Part shown: positions 59,087-64,000 of the stretch, piece by piece
Numbering within the stretch: the stretch's first letter is position 1
Layout: every line of letters begins with the position of its first letter
Origin: Thraustochytrium aureum
Taxonomy: Eukaryota
Reading direction: 5' to 3'
NCBI GenBank assembly: GCA_012862495.1
Contig: BLSG01000316.1
Span: forward strand, 91,933-155,932
DNA: 64,000 nucleotides
Made by a program: the position numbers and the translations under genes
Notes under the pieces: generated by a model
Told to the model about the DNA's origin: nothing
What the model saw: the letters and a program-made list of their open reading frames with translations, nothing else
Database searches by the model: none

Positions 59087-61678
59087 TTAGACTTGCTGAA
59101 CCGTGCCAGACCGAACGGCGGCCGAAGCCGAGTCTTCAGAGTCGCGACGGAGGCCAAACTCAATCCCATTCTGCGAGTTGTCATCGTCGTTCGGGTCAAA
59201 GTTGCGCGCACCAGCCTTGGGGTTATGCTTGAGCGCCTCGCGGTTACGCTTGATCGTGCAAAGGAGCACGGCGACAACGAGAAGAGCGACCAAGCTGAAA
59301 AGGCCAACAACCAGGGCAGCAATTGCGATGGCGCGAAGCGACTCGTTAGAGCTCTCCATATCAGCCAGGCGGCTCTCAAGCGAAGAGGCATCGATGGCTG
59401 CAGCCTCGGCAATGCGGGTGTTGGCGGCGACAACCTTGTCTGTGTTGGAGCGCTTGAACGCCTCGAAGCTGCTGCGCTTGCCGCTGATCACCCACGGCTG
59501 AGCTCCGCTGTAAGCAACGGGCGCTGCGATCGAGTCCTCAAATGTGAACGGAACGACCTCGTCCGGGAGCTCGAGCGCGTTGAGGGCCTCAACGGCCATG
59601 GTACGCACGTTTTGGGGGAGCGGGGAGAAGCTGTATGCGATGCTCATGTCCTGGCCACGGCCGACGAGGTCCGAGATCACGTACTCGATGAACGCCTTCA
59701 GGAGGCTCGCCGATGTTCCCATCGCGGTGAGGTCTTTGCGCACATAAATGTACGACACGAGCACAATTGGCCAGGCCTCAGGAAGCTTGGTGTTGACGAG
59801 CGAGACGTGCGAAATGTCGTCGAAGAGAGAGTTGACATTCTCGGCAAAAGCGCCACCAGCGGCCTGGATAGCCGGCAGCTTGGGGCGGACCGTCTTGCCG
59901 GCAGCATTGACCAAGCTCGCCTCCGTAAGAAAGATCGGGACAGCGTGGCCCACCGAGAGATAACCGATAGAGTACTCTTTGCTCTCCAGGTACCGCATGA
60001 CCCCGCCCGAGCCGGACGCGGGCTGGCTCTCGCAAGTTGTCTTGGTGTCGCAAGGCCAGTCAATCGCCGAGCCAACATGCTCTATGCCCCAAACGCTGGG
60101 GCAGCTCGCGTGCAGCCAGGAAGTGACACCGGAGGTGCTGCTCGAGCCCTGGATGCGGTGCGTCGTGAAAATCTCCTTGTCGACGCCCTTGAGGAAGTCG
60201 TTGCGGCCATCTCGGGCCAGCTGGCTCCAGCGCGTGATCGAGCCAGTGTAAATCTCTGCAACATCGCAGCCAGTCAGAGCAAACTCGCGATCACTGTGCG
60301 AGATCGAGTGCAGTTCGGGCAGGTTGACAAACATCGCGACTGCGCCGAACGCGAACGGGATCTGTGCAACGTCGCCGTGGATCTGGTTGTACTGCGCGGT
60401 GCTCAGCGGCAGATCGGCGCTGGCGAACTGGTTGAGGGGCAGGAAAGCGCTCTCCTCGTTGCCAATGAACTCCTTCTGGCCCGTTCCAGAACCGACTGCG
60501 CGGTAGGTCATCTTGACCGGGATTCGGAGCATGGTCTCGAACTTATCCATTACCTCGTAAAAGAGGTACTCGGGGTTAGTGGTCCCCGAGCCGTGCAGGG
60601 TGACAGTCGGCATGCTGTAGATCCCAGAGGTCAGCACGAAGGCCTCCACAGACTTGAGAACGACGGCCATACCGTCCTGTGCTGACTCGTCCGGCATCTG
60701 GCCACCAAAGAGGATGACCATGTTGCCGGCCGAGGCACCCTCAAAGCGGTGGCGCGCGTCTGGGAGCTTGCCGCCGTGGTGCCAGCGCTGCGCGACAGGG
60801 TTGAAGACCTCGATGAGATCGGTGCCGTTCCCGCCTCCTAGGTCGCCGCCAAAAACATACAGCTTGTTGTCCAGGACCGCGACCGCGCGGTCGCCACCTG
60901 CGACGTCCGCCGGCAAGGGATGGGTCTCGAAAGAAACACCGTTAAAGGTCTCCATAGAAGCGATCGCGGCATAGCCGGCGTTGGCGTCGAAACCGCCGAT
61001 AATGTAGATGGTCTCGCCAATGGTGGCCACGCGCGCATCACCGCGGTGCTGCTTCAGGGCAGGCCCGTTATCGGTCATCTGGTCAGCTGTATCAATGACG
61101 TAGGTGGCAACGCTCGCAGAGTAGTTTTTCTCGATCAGGTAGCCTCCAGTGAACATGATTCGGTCATCGCGAGTAGTGAAAGCCACACCGTCGGAAATGC
61201 CCTCGGGAAGCTGGACGCCGCCAAGCTCGCTCCAGGTCTCGGTCTCCACGTCGAATACCTCCACCGTGGTAATCGGCTTGTCACCAGTCGTCAGACCGCC
61301 AATCACGTAGACCTTTGGCGCGCCGCTGGGGGAAACCCGCAGAGTTGCGCTGTGGCGGTACCGGCTCGCCGAAAGACCAGACGGAAGGAGCGTGAGCTCA
61401 TCCGTGGACGGCGTGTAGATCCAGGACTCGGCCGAGATGAGCTTGCACTCGGCATACAGCGCTTGCTTGGAGTCTTCGCAGCCGCCGACAAGCAGCACGC
61501 GGTCTTCCGCGAGCGTCACGACGGACATGTCGCTCAGCGGCTGGTCCATATCCTTGAGCCTCTTAAAGGCGTGCTCCAGCGGCGCCGAGAATACAAAGCT
61601 CGAATCAGCCGCGTTCGCCCCCGCCGCCCAGACCGCGACGCCGGCCAGCGCAGCCCTCATCGCACCACCGAGAGTCAT
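59087..61678 (-). CDS. Type I membrane protein: signal peptide + Kelch propeller + PstS-like phosphate-binding domain + coiled coil + TM
   Basis: Kelch blades (LLVGG, YVIGG, MFTGG, YIIGG, YVFGG, ILFGG); PstS-type LHGSGTT, TYRAVGSGTGQKEF, FASADLPL, YTGSITRW, HRIQGSSST, IGY, AWPIVLVSYIYV; TM AIAIAALVVGLFSLVALLVVAVLL. Confidence 0.88.
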   Translation of the reverse strand: MTLGGAMRAALAGVAVWAAGANAADSSFVFSAPLEHAFKRLKDMDQPLSDMSVVTLAEDRVLLVGGCEDSKQALYAECKLISAESWIYTPSTDELTLLPSGLSASRYRHSATLRVSPSGAPKVYVIGGLTTGDKPITTVEVFDVETETWSELGGVQLPEGISDGVAFTTRDDRIMFTGGYLIEKNYSASVATYVIDTADQMTDNGPALKQHRGDARVATIGETIYIIGGFDANAGYAAIASMETFNGVSFETHPLPADVAGGDRAVAVLDNKLYVFGGDLGGGNGTDLIEVFNPVAQRWHHGGKLPDARHRFEGASAGNMVILFGGQMPDESAQDGMAVVLKSVEAFVLTSGIYSMPTVTLHGSGTTNPEYLFYEVMDKFETMLRIPVKMTYRAVGSGTGQKEFIGNEESAFLPLNQFASADLPLSTAQYNQIHGDVAQIPFAFGAVAMFVNLPELHSISHSDREFALTGCDVAEIYTGSITRWSQLARDGRNDFLKGVDKEIFTTHRIQGSSSTSGVTSWLHASCPSVWGIEHVGSAIDWPCDTKTTCESQPASGSGGVMRYLESKEYSIGYLSVGHAVPIFLTEASLVNAAGKTVRPKLPAIQAAGGAFAENVNSLFDDISHVSLVNTKLPEAWPIVLVSYIYVRKDLTAMGTSASLLKAFIEYVISDLVGRGQDMSIAYSFSPLPQNVRTMAVEALNALELPDEVVPFTFEDSIAAPVAYSGAQPWVISGKRSSFEAFKRSNTDKVVAANTRIAEAAAIDASSLESRLADMESSNESLRAIAIAALVVGLFSLVALLVVAVLLCTIKRNREALKHNPKAGARNFDPNDDDNSQNGIEFGLRRDSEDSASAAVRSGTVQQV

Positions 61679-61773
61679 CCTCACCTTCCTTGCCTCCTCC
61701 ACGCCCACCACCGGCGACCAATGACGTCTTGCGAGGCTGATACAGAGCCCACGCGTGGACCAGGTCGCCGCCC

Positions 61774-61774
<1 letters not shown>

Positions 61775-61810
<36 letters not shown>
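61775..61810 (-). repeat. (CCTG)n on plus = (CAGG)n on sense strand, ~97 nt upstream of ATG 61678
   Basis: Direct reading. Confidence 0.95.
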
Positions 61811-62489
61811 ACTTCCTCTGCGTGCTCGGATGCGTTGGGGCTCTGCCTGCCTGTCTGCCGGTCTGCCTGGAGTGTCGCCGAGTCGGTCTGTTTCACGACG
61901 ACGCGTCCACGCCATTCGCACAGGCGCGCCGCTCTGCGCTGTCGCCGCGTGAGACAGGCAGTCCACCGCCACCTATTCCATGCGGCGAAAGATCACAAGT
62001 GCGCGCCCGCGAGGCTCACGGTGCAGGTACGATTTACAAGACAGCGCGCACGAAGGCAGTGTGTAGTAAATGGATGGGACGGGTCTTGTGCGGGCAAGGC
62101 GAGTGCGCGCGCGTTTCGGCGAAAAGTGGGCGGCTTTCAGCCACCAGCCAAACTTGTGACTTGTTCTTGATCTCCATGTGATCTTTGATGACAAAGAGGA
62201 AGGCACTGGTGGCACACGAAAGAGATCGACTGCGGGTTTGGAAGTGAGCTTTGGCCGGACAAGGGTCGCGCCCTGACGGCTTTCCTGCTTTTGTGGCTTT
62301 TGTGTGTCAAGAATTCGAAGTTTCATTTCGTTCAACTTTTGGAGGCTGTTCGCGCCTTCGGTCGCTTTTTGACGCAGAGCAAGAAGCGCGCTGTGCGTCG
62401 CGGCGCACCAACCACATCGAGTAGATTCTGCTGCTGTCTTTGGTGGGCCGTGTCGCTGACGGCTCGGACCGACGGTCGTTTGCGGCTAC

Positions 62490-63050
62490 TTAGTTGACAC
62501 CGCTTGTGCCGAACAAGAGGCCGCCGGAGGAGTCGCCCTTCTTGACCGAAAAAAGGCTCTTGCCCTGCGCGCGAGGCTCCGCGACCAAAACTGTCGCCGA
62601 AGTCCTGTTGTGCAAAAGCTCCAAAGCGCACATCACGTCAATGGAAAAGATCCCACACTGACCCAGCTCAATCCATGACTGGGTTGGGAGAAGTTGCGAG
62701 ACGTTGCTGTACGTGATTTGCTCGATCTCATTGAACTGGGTCGCGGCGTTCGGATTGACAAGCATGACGGGCTTGCCCAATCGGTTCGCCATGACAATGT
62801 CCATCAGCACGCTGTCGCACTTGAATACGTTTTTGGACATCACGAGCACAACAGCATCGCAGCGCCTGACGCGCTCCTTGCCGGCTGAAAGCGCCTGGCG
62901 GATCTTTCCGCGCTGGCCCGTTATACACCACGAGCCCCCGGACTTGCCCTTGATGCGTTTGGCAAGTTCTTCGGGGTCCACCCAACTTTGATCCTCCGGG
63001 TTGAGCACGACCAAAAAGTGCGCGCTGGCGTCGAACGAGAGAGCCGCCAT
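62490..63050 (-). CDS. TIR (TIR_2-like) domain; probably the C-terminal part of the upstream MORN protein
   Basis: HFLVVLNPEDQSWVDPEELAKRI...VRRCDAVVLVMSKNVFKCDSVLMDIVMANRLGKPVMLV follows the TIR betaA-alphaA...betaC-S-x-N...alphaC-A-x3-GKP-betaD pattern. Confidence 0.6.
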   Translation of the reverse strand: MAALSFDASAHFLVVLNPEDQSWVDPEELAKRIKGKSGGSWCITGQRGKIRQALSAGKERVRRCDAVVLVMSKNVFKCDSVLMDIVMANRLGKPVMLVNPNAATQFNEIEQITYSNVSQLLPTQSWIELGQCGIFSIDVMCALELLHNRTSATVLVAEPRAQGKSLFSVKKGDSSGGLLFGTSGVN

Positions 63051-64000
63051 GAAGGCTCGGCTGCGACGTTGTCGCTGTTGGCCTTGTGAGCTTGCCTGCT
63101 GCCACGTGTGCCAGGTAAGCACTTTCTGAGACAGTGCACCATAGCGTAGAGGGGCGAACAGCACAGCTTTTGACCGCCCCTCGGCGCTTCAGCCCCGTCA
63201 GGTGGAACAGGGCTTGGCAGGCGAAAGCTGCTGGTGCTTGGCTTCCAAGTTACGCTGACGAGTTTGCCGTCGTCGAAACGCACCTTCGCTGAGCGTCTCT
63301 GACGCGATGGAAGTAGGATGCCTCTGCCGTGCGGACGGCCGTCCTTGAACTCGCCAAAATAGAAGATTTCGGCGTCCAGGCACGACACTAGCATACCTTG
63401 CCCGTGAAAGCGCGTGTTCTTGAAGCAGCCGACGTACATGGCAGGGCCTTTCTCTGTTTCCAAGCACTCGAGCATAGCGGTGTCAAGCCACACGTGGTCC
63501 TCCAACGCCTTTTTGTCACCGTGTTTTGGGAGCGCTCTGCGCTTCTTCGTCAGGTACTGGGCGTCGAAGAATTCGTCGAGCTTGAACTTCTTCACCAGAC
63601 TTTGAAACGCCTCTTCTTCCTTTGCATCGTCTTGGGACCAAGCCTCGGCGGCGACGCCGCGGCCGGCCGCAGCTCCAATCCAGGCGACGAGGAGAGGGGC
63701 AAGCACAATCGCCCCCCCTGGCAAAGCGGCAATCCCAGGACTATGGATCGGCATGAACCCAATTGACTGCAGCAGGTGTTGAGTCTGCAATCCCAAGTAC
63801 AAGCCAGCTCCAGTAGACCCCCCTCCAGTCCCTGCCAAGCCTCCTAGCAGCGCACCTGCGACCGGGCCGCCAACGACAATACCGAGTATCATCCCGGCCG
63901 CAACGAAGGGGGAAGATTGGCGTTGCCACTACTGGTGCTGCTGACCACATGTACGCAGCGACCCCAGCGACGCCTGTCGCGAGGCCGGCTGCACCAGCTC
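63051..64000 (-). CDS. Membrane protein with Gly-rich TM segments and two MORN repeats; starts beyond the window, frame break ~63910
   Basis: Hydrophobic Gly-zipper segments; MORN repeats YVGCFKNTRFHGQGML and YFGEFKDGRPHGRGIL. Confidence 0.7.

Noticed and set aside
34656..61678. Metal/phosphate homeostasis gene cluster (metallothionein, phosphoesterase, NCKX, COG0523, PstS fusion)
   Set aside because: The genes are spread over ~27 kb among unrelated housekeeping genes on both strands, and no cluster-specific shared regulatory element was seen.

Overview
Gene-dense, GC-rich eukaryotic scaffold with many N-gaps. It is most consistent with a stramenopile protist of the thraustochytrid/labyrinthulomycete type; this is inferred from the compact genes, rare 86-203 nt GT-AG introns with CTGAC/CTAAC branch points, PT-repeat surface proteins and GCCT/GCCA microsatellites. 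About 27 protein-coding loci are recognisable. Housekeeping and metabolic genes include an OTU deubiquitinase, SRP receptor beta, COG4, an IF1-like protein, a PfkB kinase, a sarcosine/dimethylglycine dehydrogenase-like enzyme, a peroxisomal ACAD10/11-type kinase, an ALMT/FUSC transporter and an HxxxDG acyltransferase. Others are a WD40-FN3 protein, CCDC124, a C-type lectin, a TMPPE-like phosphoesterase, an NCKX exchanger, a Ser/Thr dehydratase, a COG0523 GTPase and DCAF1. About 20 small (mostly single-base) frame breaks, mostly in homopolymers, interrupt otherwise intact genes and look like sequencing errors. No rRNA, tRNA, CRISPR array or transposon was recognised. The most interesting observations are: (1) a two-exon, 20-Cys metallothionein with a C-terminal membrane tail anchor, missed by the ORF track; (2) a dynein microtubule-binding-stalk-like module inserted inside an FN3 domain; (3) a Kelch-propeller/PstS phosphate-binding type I membrane protein; (4) an AMSH/USP8-type N-terminal domain fused to an OTU domain; (5) a catalytically dead archaemetzincin; (6) a probable TM-MORN-TIR protein with Asp at the TIR catalytic Glu position; (7) strand-oriented tetranucleotide microsatellites upstream of start codons. 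All domain calls are from motif recognition by eye; no searches were run.
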